Positions 1-8,716 of a stretch of 36,498 nt of DNA are shown here, in pieces (within the stretch, counting starts at the first letter, position 1; the number at the start of each line of letters is the position of its first letter). The stretch spans positions 1 to 36,498 of IMG/VR virus record IMGVR_UViG_3300017761_002315. One strand, written 5' to 3'. The translations under genes and the position numbers were made by a program. The stretch is from a virus. Its lineage: Duplodnaviria > Caudoviricetes. The notes under the pieces are model-generated. The model saw only the letters and a list, made by a program, of their open reading frames with translations. It did not search any database and had not been told where the DNA came from.

Positions 1-1
1 G

Positions 2-1456
2 ATCAAAAATGACCCCCTCGCGTTCGTCATGTTCGCCTTTCCCTGGCAGCAAGCAGGGACGCCCCTCGCCAAGTTCACCGGACCGCGCATCTGGCAGCGC
101 AAACTGCTCCAGCAACTGGCCGAACACATCGCCTCCAACGACGGCAAGCTCGACTTCGAGATGTTCCGCAAGGTCGTCTCCTCGGGCCGCGGCATCGGCA
201 AGAGCGCGCTCGTCTCCTGGCTGGTCCTGTGGATGCTGACGACCCGGATCGGGTCCACCACCATCGTCTCGGCCAACACCGAGGCGCAGTTGACGACGAA
301 AACATGGCCGGAGGTCACCAAATGGGCATCCATGGCGATCAACAGGCACTGGTTCGAGCCGATCGCCACCCGGATCACGATGGCGAAGTGGCTGACCACG
401 CTCGTCGAAAGCGACTTGAACCGCGACACCCGCCTGTGGGCGGCGCATGCGCAGCTCTGGTCGGCTGAGAACCCCGACGCCTACGCCGGCACGCACAACT
501 ACGACGGCGTGATGGTCATCTTCGACGAGGCGAGCGGCATCCCTGACGCGATCTGGTCGGTCACGGACGGTTTCTTCACCGAAAACACCCCGGATCGCTT
601 CTGGTTCGCGTTTTCCAACCCACGCCGCAACACCGGCTACTTCTACGAGGCGTTCCACGCCCGGCGCGCGTTCTGGTCGACCACGATCGTGGACGCCCGC
701 ACCGTCGAGGGCACCGACCAGAAGGTCTATGAGCGCATCATCGACGAATACGGGGCCGACAGCCCGCAGGCGCACGTCGAGGTCTACGGGGTGTTCCCCA
801 GCGAGAGCGACGACCAGTTCATCTCCAGCACCCTGGTCGACGACGCCATGGAGCGCACACCGACCAAAGACCTGACCGCGCCCATCATCATCGGCGTGGA
901 CCCGGCGCGGTTCGGGTCGGACGCCACCGTCATTGCCGTGCGCCGGGGCCGCGACATCATCAGCATCCGCCGGCACCGCGGCGCGGACACCATGGAGGTC
1001 GTGGGCCGGGTCATCGAGGCGATCGAGGAGCACAGCCCAGCCCTCGTGGTCGTCGACGAGGGCGGCGTCGGCGGCGGCGTGGTCGACCGGCTCAAGGAGC
1101 AACGCTACAAGCAGGTGCGAGGCGTGAACTTCGGCATGCGCTCCCGGCAGCCGCTGATGTGGGGCAACAAGCGGGCCGAGATGTGGGGCGCCATGCGCGA
1201 CTGGCTCAAGACGGCGAGCATCCCCGCCGACCGGCTGCTCAAGAGCGACCTGATCTCGCCGCTGGTCAAGCCGGACAGCAAGGGGACGATGTTCCTGGAG
1301 AGCAAGAAAGACATGCGCGCGCGCGGGCTACAAAGTCCTGACGCCGCCGACGCGATCTGTGTTACGTTCGCCTTTCCTGTGGCCTCAACAGCACGTGTCG
1401 ACAAAACCACACAAAGGCACTACGCTCCGACGCAATCCTCGTGGATGGGCTCCTGA
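2..1456 (+). CDS. terL: Terminase large subunit (5'-truncated; frame is open from the window edge, IKNDPLAFVMFAFPW...)
   Basis: Walker A SSGRGIGKS, Walker B VIFDEAS, coupling motif FSNP, RNase H-like nuclease acidic motifs GVDPARFGSD and SPDAADA; directly upstream of the portal. Confidence 0.95.
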   Translation: MKNDPLAFVMFAFPWQQAGTPLAKFTGPRIWQRKLLQQLAEHIASNDGKLDFEMFRKVVSSGRGIGKSALVSWLVLWMLTTRIGSTTIVSANTEAQLTTKTWPEVTKWASMAINRHWFEPIATRITMAKWLTTLVESDLNRDTRLWAAHAQLWSAENPDAYAGTHNYDGVMVIFDEASGIPDAIWSVTDGFFTENTPDRFWFAFSNPRRNTGYFYEAFHARRAFWSTTIVDARTVEGTDQKVYERIIDEYGADSPQAHVEVYGVFPSESDDQFISSTLVDDAMERTPTKDLTAPIIIGVDPARFGSDATVIAVRRGRDIISIRRHRGADTMEVVGRVIEAIEEHSPALVVVDEGGVGGGVVDRLKEQRYKQVRGVNFGMRSRQPLMWGNKRAEMWGAMRDWLKTASIPADRLLKSDLISPLVKPDSKGTMFLESKKDMRARGLQSPDAADAICVTFAFPVASTARVDKTTQRHYAPTQSSWMGS

Positions 1457-1459
1457 CAC

Positions 1460-3535
1460 ATGGCCAAAACCGACATCAAGGGCGACCTGCTGGCCACCAT
1501 GCGGTCCCGCATGAACGTGGCCGTGGCTGCGTACGGCGACAGCCGTGCCGCCGAGCTGGACGACCTGCGGTTCATGGCCGGCTCGGCTGACAATAACTAC
1601 CAGTGGCCCTCCGACGTGCTCTCCAGCCGCGGCTCCAGCCAGGGCATGACGATCAACGCGCGTCCGTGCCTGACGATCAACAAGCTGCCGCAGCACGTCA
1701 GGCAGGTGACCAACGACCAGCGCCAGAACCGGCCCACCGGCAAGGTCATCCCGTCAGACGACTACGCCGACGTCGAGGTCGCCGAGATCTTCAACGGCAT
1801 GATGCGGCACATCGAGTACGCATCGGACGCTGATGTCGCCTATGACACAGCCTGTGACAATCAAGTCACATACGGCGAGGGCTACATCCGGCTCCTGACC
1901 GAGTACTGCGACGACAACACCTTCGATCAGGACATCCGCATCGGGCGCGTGCGCAACTCGTTCAGCGTCTACATGGACCCGATGATCCAAGACCCCACCG
2001 GCGCGGACGCCCAGTGGTGCTTCATCACCCAAGACCTGATGAAGGAGGAGTATGAGCGCCAGTTCCCCGACGCCTCGGTGCGGTCGATCCAGGAGCAGGG
2101 CGTCGGTGACCCCAGCCTGAGCCAGTGGCTCAGTCAGGACACGGTGCGCATCGCCGAGTATTTCTATGTCCACCACGAGCCGGGCACGCTCAACCTCTAC
2201 CCCGACGGCCTGACGGCCACGGAGGGCAGCCGGGAGGACAAGGTCGCACGGTTGCTGTTCGGCAAGCCGTCGCAGACCCGCCGCGTCGATCGCAAGACGA
2301 TCAAGTGGATCAAGACCAACGGGTTCGAGGTGCTGCAAGAGCAGGACTGGCCCGGCAAGTGGATCCCCGTGGTCCGCGTCGTCGGCAACGAGTTCGAGAT
2401 CGACGGCGAACTGCACATTTCCGGCCTCATCCGCAACGCCAAGGACGCGCAGCGGATGTACAACTACTGGACCAGCCAAGAGGCCGAGATGCTGGCGCTG
2501 GCCCCCAAGGCCCCGTTTATCGGCTACGGCGGGCAGTTCGAGGGCTATGAGGGCCAGTGGAAGACGGCCAACGTCAACAACTGGCCGTATCTGGAGGTCA
2601 ACGCCGACGCGACCGACGCGCTTGGCAACCCTCTGCCCCTGCCGCAGCGCGCACCGCCGCCGCTGGCGCAGACGGGGCTCATCCAAGCCAAGATGGGGGC
2701 GTCGGACGACATCAAGTCGACCACGGGGCAGTACGACAGCAGCCTCGGTGCCACGTCCAACGAGCGGTCGGGCAAGGCTATCCTCGCGCGCGAGCGCCAG
2801 GGCGACACCGGCACCTACCACTACATCGACAACCTCGCCCGGGCGATCCGGCACGTCACGCGCCAGTGCATCGACCTGATCCCCAAGATCTACGACACGG
2901 CGCGCATCGCCCGCACCATCGGCATGGACGGCGAGGTCAGCATGGCCCGCATCGACCCGATGCAGCCCGAGCCGGTGCGCAAGATCGAGGACGAGGAGGG
3001 CAACGTCATCGACAAGATCTACAACCCGTCCGTCGGCAAGTATGACGTCGTGGCCGTGACCGGGCCTGCCTACGCCACTAAGCGCCAGGAGGCTGCGGAG
3101 AGCATGAGCCAGGTGCTGCAAGGTAACCCGGCGCTGTGGCAGGTCGCCGGCGACTTGTTCGTCAAGAACATGGACTGGCCGGGAGCGCAGGAGATGTCCG
3201 AGCGGCTGCGCAAGACGATCGACCCGAAGATCCTGGCCGACGACGACAAGTCGCCCGAGCTGCAAGCTGCCGAGAAGCAGATCGAGGAAATGGGCGGGAT
3301 GCTCCAGCAGATGCAGGGCGCGCTCAAGAACGTCGAGCAGTCCATGGAGGCGCAGCAACTGCGCAACGATCAGTTCCTCGCGCAGGTCAAGGCGTACGAC
3401 GCCGAGACTAAGCGCATCGGCATCATGCAAGCGGGCATGACACCGGAGCAAATCCAAGATACCATCGACGGCACCATTGACGCGGCGATGCAAACGGGCG
3501 ACCTCGCCCCGCAAAGCCTCGCCCCACCCATGTGA
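1460..3535 (+). CDS. P22-like portal protein
   Basis: 691 aa after terL; RPCLTINKL, G.GYIR, DAQRMYNY and GKYDV-type motifs typical of P22-type portals; C-terminal Q/M-rich coiled coil. Confidence 0.92.
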   Translation: MAKTDIKGDLLATMRSRMNVAVAAYGDSRAAELDDLRFMAGSADNNYQWPSDVLSSRGSSQGMTINARPCLTINKLPQHVRQVTNDQRQNRPTGKVIPSDDYADVEVAEIFNGMMRHIEYASDADVAYDTACDNQVTYGEGYIRLLTEYCDDNTFDQDIRIGRVRNSFSVYMDPMIQDPTGADAQWCFITQDLMKEEYERQFPDASVRSIQEQGVGDPSLSQWLSQDTVRIAEYFYVHHEPGTLNLYPDGLTATEGSREDKVARLLFGKPSQTRRVDRKTIKWIKTNGFEVLQEQDWPGKWIPVVRVVGNEFEIDGELHISGLIRNAKDAQRMYNYWTSQEAEMLALAPKAPFIGYGGQFEGYEGQWKTANVNNWPYLEVNADATDALGNPLPLPQRAPPPLAQTGLIQAKMGASDDIKSTTGQYDSSLGATSNERSGKAILARERQGDTGTYHYIDNLARAIRHVTRQCIDLIPKIYDTARIARTIGMDGEVSMARIDPMQPEPVRKIEDEEGNVIDKIYNPSVGKYDVVAVTGPAYATKRQEAAESMSQVLQGNPALWQVAGDLFVKNMDWPGAQEMSERLRKTIDPKILADDDKSPELQAAEKQIEEMGGMLQQMQGALKNVEQSMEAQQLRNDQFLAQVKAYDAETKRIGIMQAGMTPEQIQDTIDGTIDAAMQTGDLAPQSLAPPM

Positions 3536-3543
3536 GATAGGCC

Positions 3544-3654
3544 ATGTCCCGCATCGTCCCCATCCAAGCGCCTGTAAAAGTCGTGGACTTCACGATTTCA
3601 ATTATCAACGCGAACGGGACCGTCGCTTCCGCTCCGCCCGCCCCGAGAGGCTAA
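3544..3654 (+). CDS. 36-aa mini-ORF (MSRIVPIQAPVKVVDFTISIINANGTVASAPPAPRG), paralogous to the N-terminus of the next gene
   Basis: Not in the ORF track; fills the portal-3656 gap (ATG 3544, TAA 3652-3654) and resembles MSRIVPLPASNTVVDSTVAIINADGTVAT. Confidence 0.7.
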   Translation: MSRIVPIQAPVKVVDFTISIINANGTVASAPPAPRG

Positions 3655-3655
3655 A

Positions 3656-4501
3656 ATGTCGCGCATCGTCCCGCTCCCCGCCTCCAACACTGTCGTCGAC
3701 AGCACGGTGGCCATCATCAACGCCGACGGCACGGTAGCCACGCTGCGCGCTGCGGTCAGCCAGTCCGAGTTGTTCACCTCCAGCGGCACGTTCACGGTGC
3801 CGACCGGCGTGTCGACCGTAATGGTAACCCTTGTCGGCGGCGGCGCTGGCGGCGGCGGCGGTCACGCTACGGGCGCTGCTGGCGGCGGTGGAGGTGGTGG
3901 GGGCGCGGTGTTCCGTTTCCCTGCGTCGGTCACGCCCGGCTCAACGCTAACCGTTACGGTAGGGCCAGGATCGGCTGGGGGGGCAGTTGGCTCTCCCGGC
4001 GGGTCAAGCGCAAACGTGTCAAGTATCACGGGCGCTCTTGTTCCTGTTCCGGTGGCCTTTCCGGGTAGTCCCGGTACTGCTGGCGGCGCGGCTACCGGGG
4101 GTAATGGGGGTGGTTCGGGTAACACTGGGTTCTCATTGACCGCTGGTGGAGGTGGCGGAACAGGGACGGGTAGCACCGCCGCCGCTGGCGGTGTCCCGGG
4201 GGCTGTAGGGTTTCACCTCACGGGCACGGGGGGCGGCTCCGGTGCGGGTTCGGGGGGGACCACGGGCGGCGCGGCCCGTTCGTTCTTCTCGCCAAGCGGC
4301 GTTAACGGCGGTCAATCTGGCGTTAGCGGCGGCGGCGGTGGGTGTTCCATCATGGGTAACGGCGGCGTCGGCGGCTCTACAGGCGTGGCAGGCACAGCGG
4401 CAGCCGCAGGGCAATATGGCGGCGGAGGCGGCGGCGGAGGTATGAACGCAGCGGGGGGCGATGGCCGGTCCGGGTGCGTTCTTTTTGAGTGGGTTGGCTA
4501 A
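3656..4501 (+). CDS. Glycine-rich virion/adhesin-like protein
   Basis: FTSSGTFTVPTGVSTVMVTLVGGGAGGGGG start, many poly-Gly runs and C-terminal G.SG.V.FEW, the pattern of phage Gly-rich tail-fibre/adhesin domains. Confidence 0.7.
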   Translation: MSRIVPLPASNTVVDSTVAIINADGTVATLRAAVSQSELFTSSGTFTVPTGVSTVMVTLVGGGAGGGGGHATGAAGGGGGGGGAVFRFPASVTPGSTLTVTVGPGSAGGAVGSPGGSSANVSSITGALVPVPVAFPGSPGTAGGAATGGNGGGSGNTGFSLTAGGGGGTGTGSTAAAGGVPGAVGFHLTGTGGGSGAGSGGTTGGAARSFFSPSGVNGGQSGVSGGGGGCSIMGNGGVGGSTGVAGTAAAAGQYGGGGGGGGMNAAGGDGRSGCVLFEWVG

Positions 4502-7152
4502 TGACCGACATTACCAACGGCAAGACTTACCCGCAGCTCGACGAAGAAACGCTCCCGATCGTCGGCACTGACGTGCTGGCGATCTACCGCGGTCCCGGCC
4601 CGCTGTCGCAAGTCCCTGCATCCGGGCTGCTGGACTACATCGAGACGGGTATAGATCCGCTCGTGACCGCAGCGGAGACGGCCCGCGACGAGGCCGAGGC
4701 GGCTGAAATCGGGGCCGAGGCTGCCGAAGTAAGCGCCCAGGCTGCACTGACCAGCGCAACTGCGCAGGCCCTGCTGGCGCAAGGCTACGCTGGCGAGGCT
4801 GCGAACGCGCGGCTGGCGGCGGGCTTTTACCCGTCTGCCCGGTCCAACGTGCCTCGCGGCATCGTGTCGACGTCCAGCCTTGTGGCAGGATCTGGCGGGG
4901 CCAACGGGACGTTCGCGCTCGCCTTCGCTGGCGGCAACTTCACGGTTGCCCCCTCAGGCACGTTCACGGTGTCGGGCGGCGCGCTGACCAGCGTGTCGAT
5001 CACCGGCCCGGGTCTGTATATTGGGGCTTCCCCCACGGCCCCGACGGCGGTCTTGACGGCGTCGGCAGGACTGGCCGGCGCGTCCGTCGTGCTGGACGCG
5101 GGCTTCCTTGCGGGCTCCGGAGAGTATTACTGGACCGACGACGCCACCAGCGCCAACCTGATGGCGCTCTACCAGAACGTCGCGGGCACGGCCACGGCTA
5201 CGTCACCCCTAGTGAACCTCACCAAGACGCTGGACGCTGCGGTAGTGCCCTGCACCGTGTCGGCTCCAAACTCGCGCTCCTACCCTATGACCCCGGTTAC
5301 GGGCTTCTCGGTCAGCGGCGTCGGCACGAGCCAACTGTTCTTCGGCATCGCGGGCGCGACCAACGCAGAAGGCCAGCTTGGGTCGATTGTCACGGCGACG
5401 ATAGCGGGCGTGTTCTCCGGCGCAGCAACCGAGATCGTGCTGCCCAACGGCAACTCGCTGCCCGCCAGCGCAATCCAACTGAACTCGCCGTTTATTATCC
5501 AGCCCTCGGCTGCTCGCTCTAAATATGTGCTGGTGTCCCCGGCGTTCGACGCACAGATGATGTTCGTTCAGCTTGAGTGGGTGTCCGGCACTGGCAACAC
5601 TATCGTCGCGAAGCTACCCTATTCAGAAATCAAACTGCCGTCGCTAAACAACATTCGGTTTGCGTTTCAGGCGCAAGGAGACAAGCCTTTTGGCACTCCA
5701 TCGCTGACGATCCGCAACTACCAGAACACAGCCGACATTCTTTCGGCCACGGCTATTTACGACAAGGACGATACCCTGGCGCTTACGGCGGCAGGGCTAT
5801 GGGAGGCGAAACAAACCATTGAGGTTGTTCGTGTAGCCTCTGGACGGCTTAATGTGGTAGAGTATCCCTCGCTGGCGCTCACGGTTGCTACTGAGCAAGA
5901 CGCTGCATTGGCTCTGCAAGCACCGACCGTATCGGACGTAATGTTTGCGCAGAAACTTACGGAACGGACGTGGTTGGTTGAACTTATGGCCGTCCAGTAC
6001 GACGACACCTCGCTCGTCACCGGCAAGAGGATGAACCAAGATACTCACGCAGTCATCGTGTATGACATGGGCCGCGCGATGTCGCAGGGCGTTCTCCAAA
6101 ACGCTTACGCTCCGGCGATTAACTCCCACAAGGCAAACATTGGCGGCAAAGATTACCTTTATAGCTGGCTTTATTCTGACGAAGGCGGCGGCGGCGCGTT
6201 CCTTGGCGACCAACCCTCAACGGCAGAGTTTGCTTTTCCGGTCGGTTTGTTTGCCGACGCGTCCAACACATACGAGTTCTACGGTATCGGCCACGGCCTG
6301 ATTGCTATGGTGTCGTCCACCCTGACAGTGGACGGAGCCGGTGACTACAAGGCGTATCCGGTCGGAACGCGGCTGCGCGGCAGCGTTTTTGAGTGGACGA
6401 CGCTTTACAACGCCTATCGGGGGCCGGGCGCATCTCCGACCCGCATTGGGCAAGTGACGATCAAGCAGACGCTGGACGTGAACGGCGTGACGGTGCTGCA
6501 TACGCACAAGGTCGGGCGGACGATGGCCTACACATCAGGCAATCTGAACGTGGCCGAAGGCACGACGATTACGGGCGCGACCTCCGGCGCGACTGCCGTC
6601 CTTGTCGTGGCTCCGACCCCGACGACCGGAAGCTACGCAGGCGGGAACGCAGCGGGGGAATGGTATGTCAAGAGCGCGACTGGCACGTTCCAGAATGGCG
6701 AGAATTTGCAGACCGCAGGCGTGACGCGAGCAGTTATGAGCGGCGTTCTGGGGGCGCAAATCGGTATCGACAACGCCTATTCGGCCATGATGCCAACCAC
6801 GACGATCAACCGGGCGAAGGTGCCTACGCAGACGGAGATTGTGGTCGGCTACCAAACCGGTGCACAGGAGCCGGTGGCTTTGGGCGGGACGTGGCCAGGG
6901 CAAGACCGAATGCAAGTTCGCCACGGAACGATTGATACAGACATCATCTTGGAGATGTTGTTGCTCGGTGACTACCCGTTCGACCCGCCGGGCGACTACT
7001 CGCTATGCGGCGGATCTCAAATGTTCGTGCAAGACCGCACTGAAGGAAACCGTAAGCTCTACACAAATTGGTTTTCTAACGGAAAACAGGCTTACGAAGG
7101 TTCCTACGTCGGCAACCAAAAGTATCGTTTCCGCGTCGGCTCGATGGTGTAG
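4501..7152 (+). CDS. Large tail fibre / receptor-binding protein
   Basis: ATG at 4501 overlaps the upstream TAA; N-terminal Ala/Glu coiled coil followed by long T/S/G-rich beta-type domains; sits before the lysis genes. Confidence 0.65.
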   Translation: MTDITNGKTYPQLDEETLPIVGTDVLAIYRGPGPLSQVPASGLLDYIETGIDPLVTAAETARDEAEAAEIGAEAAEVSAQAALTSATAQALLAQGYAGEAANARLAAGFYPSARSNVPRGIVSTSSLVAGSGGANGTFALAFAGGNFTVAPSGTFTVSGGALTSVSITGPGLYIGASPTAPTAVLTASAGLAGASVVLDAGFLAGSGEYYWTDDATSANLMALYQNVAGTATATSPLVNLTKTLDAAVVPCTVSAPNSRSYPMTPVTGFSVSGVGTSQLFFGIAGATNAEGQLGSIVTATIAGVFSGAATEIVLPNGNSLPASAIQLNSPFIIQPSAARSKYVLVSPAFDAQMMFVQLEWVSGTGNTIVAKLPYSEIKLPSLNNIRFAFQAQGDKPFGTPSLTIRNYQNTADILSATAIYDKDDTLALTAAGLWEAKQTIEVVRVASGRLNVVEYPSLALTVATEQDAALALQAPTVSDVMFAQKLTERTWLVELMAVQYDDTSLVTGKRMNQDTHAVIVYDMGRAMSQGVLQNAYAPAINSHKANIGGKDYLYSWLYSDEGGGGAFLGDQPSTAEFAFPVGLFADASNTYEFYGIGHGLIAMVSSTLTVDGAGDYKAYPVGTRLRGSVFEWTTLYNAYRGPGASPTRIGQVTIKQTLDVNGVTVLHTHKVGRTMAYTSGNLNVAEGTTITGATSGATAVLVVAPTPTTGSYAGGNAAGEWYVKSATGTFQNGENLQTAGVTRAVMSGVLGAQIGIDNAYSAMMPTTTINRAKVPTQTEIVVGYQTGAQEPVALGGTWPGQDRMQVRHGTIDTDIILEMLLLGDYPFDPPGDYSLCGGSQMFVQDRTEGNRKLYTNWFSNGKQAYEGSYVGNQKYRFRVGSMV

Positions 7153-7155
7153 AAA

Positions 7156-7389
7156 ATGACCCTTCACTCTGATGCCCGTAAACTGAACTGGGCCATGATC
7201 GGCGTCATGCTGACGCTCTGCATCCAGATCGCCGTCCTTATTTTCTGGGGCGGCGGCATCAATCAGCGTGTGGCCAGCCTTGAGCGCATCGTCGGCCCTC
7301 TGGCTGACGGGACACTGGCGCGCCTCGACGAGCGCACACAGGCCATGAAAGAGCAACTCGACCGCATCGAAAAGAGGGATGGCGCGTGA
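7156..7389 (+). CDS. Small membrane protein of lysis cassette (holin/antiholin-like)
   Basis: One hydrophobic helix (WAMIGVMLTLCIQIAVLIFWGG) plus coiled-coil tail; first gene of the lysis cluster. Confidence 0.55.
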   Translation: MTLHSDARKLNWAMIGVMLTLCIQIAVLIFWGGGINQRVASLERIVGPLADGTLARLDERTQAMKEQLDRIEKRDGA

Positions 7390-7631
7390 TTGACCTCGAC
7401 AACCCCGTCCCTGAGCCGTCGCACCGCTGGCGGCGTTGGGTTACCATTGGCTACCTGATCGTCACGGCGGGGCTGCTGGTCGGGATTGTCTATAAGCTGT
7501 CCGCCGGCGGTCCGTTGCGTGACGTGGCGCTGGCCCTGATCGGCTCGCAGGCGTTCTTCGCCCTCCTCTACATGGCGGGAGCCTCGGCGTCGGATCTCGC
7601 TCGCATCGCTGCAAGCTGGAAAAAGCCATGA
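7386..7631 (+). CDS. Putative holin
   Basis: 81 aa, two hydrophobic helices, basic C-terminus, coupled by GTGA/ATGA overlaps, directly before the endolysin. Confidence 0.6.
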   Translation: MIDLDNPVPEPSHRWRRWVTIGYLIVTAGLLVGIVYKLSAGGPLRDVALALIGSQAFFALLYMAGASASDLARIAASWKKP

Positions 7632-8122
7632 CCAACTGGATGCCATACGCCCGCTCGCTGATCGGCGTGCGAGAAGTGCCCGGAAAGGGCAACAGCGCGA
7701 CGATCATGGGCTGGGCCAAGAAGCTCGGCGCACGGATCCTTGGCATCACCTACGCGGCGGACTCAGTGCCGTGGTGCGGTCTGTTTGCAGCTCACGTCAT
7801 GGCCCACGCCGGGATTGAGCCGCCGCCGATCGCCGTGCGCGCGTCGGCGTGGAGCACATGGGGCTGCCGCCTGCTCGTGCCGCGTTACGGCTGCATCCTG
7901 ACCTTCACCCGCGCCGGCGGAGGCCATGTCGGCTTCTATGAGGGCGAGGACGACACCCATTTCCACGTCCTCGGCGGCAACCAGGGTGACGCAGTGTCGG
8001 TCACACGCATCGCCAAGGACCGGCTGACCGAGATGCGCTGGCCGCTCGGCGTATCACTGCCCCCCGCGCGCATCATCCGGCTGCGACCGGATGGCGCGCC
8101 CGTGACGGTGAACGAGCGGTGA
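7628..8122 (+). CDS. Endolysin, NlpC/P60-CHAP-like peptidase (TIGR02594-like)
   Basis: GVRE.PG, PWCGLF (catalytic Cys), GHVGF (His) and LGGNQ motifs; between holin and spanins. Confidence 0.85.
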   Translation: MTNWMPYARSLIGVREVPGKGNSATIMGWAKKLGARILGITYAADSVPWCGLFAAHVMAHAGIEPPPIAVRASAWSTWGCRLLVPRYGCILTFTRAGGGHVGFYEGEDDTHFHVLGGNQGDAVSVTRIAKDRLTEMRWPLGVSLPPARIIRLRPDGAPVTVNER

Positions 8123-8559
8123 ACTACCTTCGCATCATCACTCCGACCGGCTGGCTTGTCATTGCCGCTGTCGGCGTGGTGCTGTTCGGCCTTGCTGGTC
8201 TGGCCCGACCCAGCTTCCTCGGCCTCAAGTTCGACCCGTTCGGGATCGACGCCCGCAAAATGGACCGACTGGAAAACGAAGTGTCGGTGCTTGAGCGCGA
8301 GGCTTCGGGTAACGCTGAAATCGCAGTAGCGTCACAAACCTTTCATACGCGGGAGGTGGTTATACGCGACCTTGCCCGTCAGGCAGAAATCGAAGCGAGG
8401 ACGGCACCCGATGCAGAGACGCCTCTTGACCTTGACCGTGTGGCTCGCATACGGGCTGCTGATCACCGGCTGTGCGAAGTCTACCCCTCCATCTGCCCCG
8501 CTCCTGACGCTGCCGGAGGCCGCGCGGACGCCGTGCCAGTTGCCGATGCTGCCCGATAA
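8119..8559 (+). CDS. Inner-membrane spanin (Rz-like)
   Basis: N-terminal TM helix, coiled-coil periplasmic region, C-terminal Cys residues; overlapped by a lipoprotein gene. Confidence 0.75.
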   Translation: MNYLRIITPTGWLVIAAVGVVLFGLAGLARPSFLGLKFDPFGIDARKMDRLENEVSVLEREASGNAEIAVASQTFHTREVVIRDLARQAEIEARTAPDAETPLDLDRVARIRAADHRLCEVYPSICPAPDAAGGRADAVPVADAAR

Positions 8560-8710
8560 CCCGACCATTGCTGACCTTGAGGTCACGCACGACGCCAGGG
8601 GCCTTATGCTGGCTGTGTGCGACGGTCGGCGGGACTTGGCGGTCCAAGCCTTCGATGCCCAACAAAAGGTTCTGACGCCCCCTCCCCGCCCGTTCTGGCG
8701 CTTTTGGTGA
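8411..8710 (+). CDS. Outer-membrane spanin lipoprotein (Rz1-like), overlapping in another frame
   Basis: Start at ATG 8411 gives signal peptide MQRRLLTLTVWLAYGLLITG-C with a lipobox, then a Pro-rich mature chain. Confidence 0.8.
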   Translation: MQRRLLTLTVWLAYGLLITGCAKSTPPSAPLLTLPEAARTPCQLPMLPDNPTIADLEVTHDARGLMLAVCDGRRDLAVQAFDAQQKVLTPPPRPFWRFW

Positions 8711-8716
8711 ATACCG

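Noticed and set aside
1754-3514. 586-aa antisense ORF opposite the portal (likewise 8360-9865, 10569-12068, 13082-15058, 24274-25776, 25376-27184, 29317-31569)
   Set aside because: Shadow ORFs expected from high-GC codon bias on the coding strand; no motifs, no RBS, and each lies opposite a well-supported gene.
3544-3745. Duplicated segment as a DGR template/variable repeat pair
   Set aside because: No reverse transcriptase in the window, differences are not adenine-specific, and the repeat is at the N-terminus.
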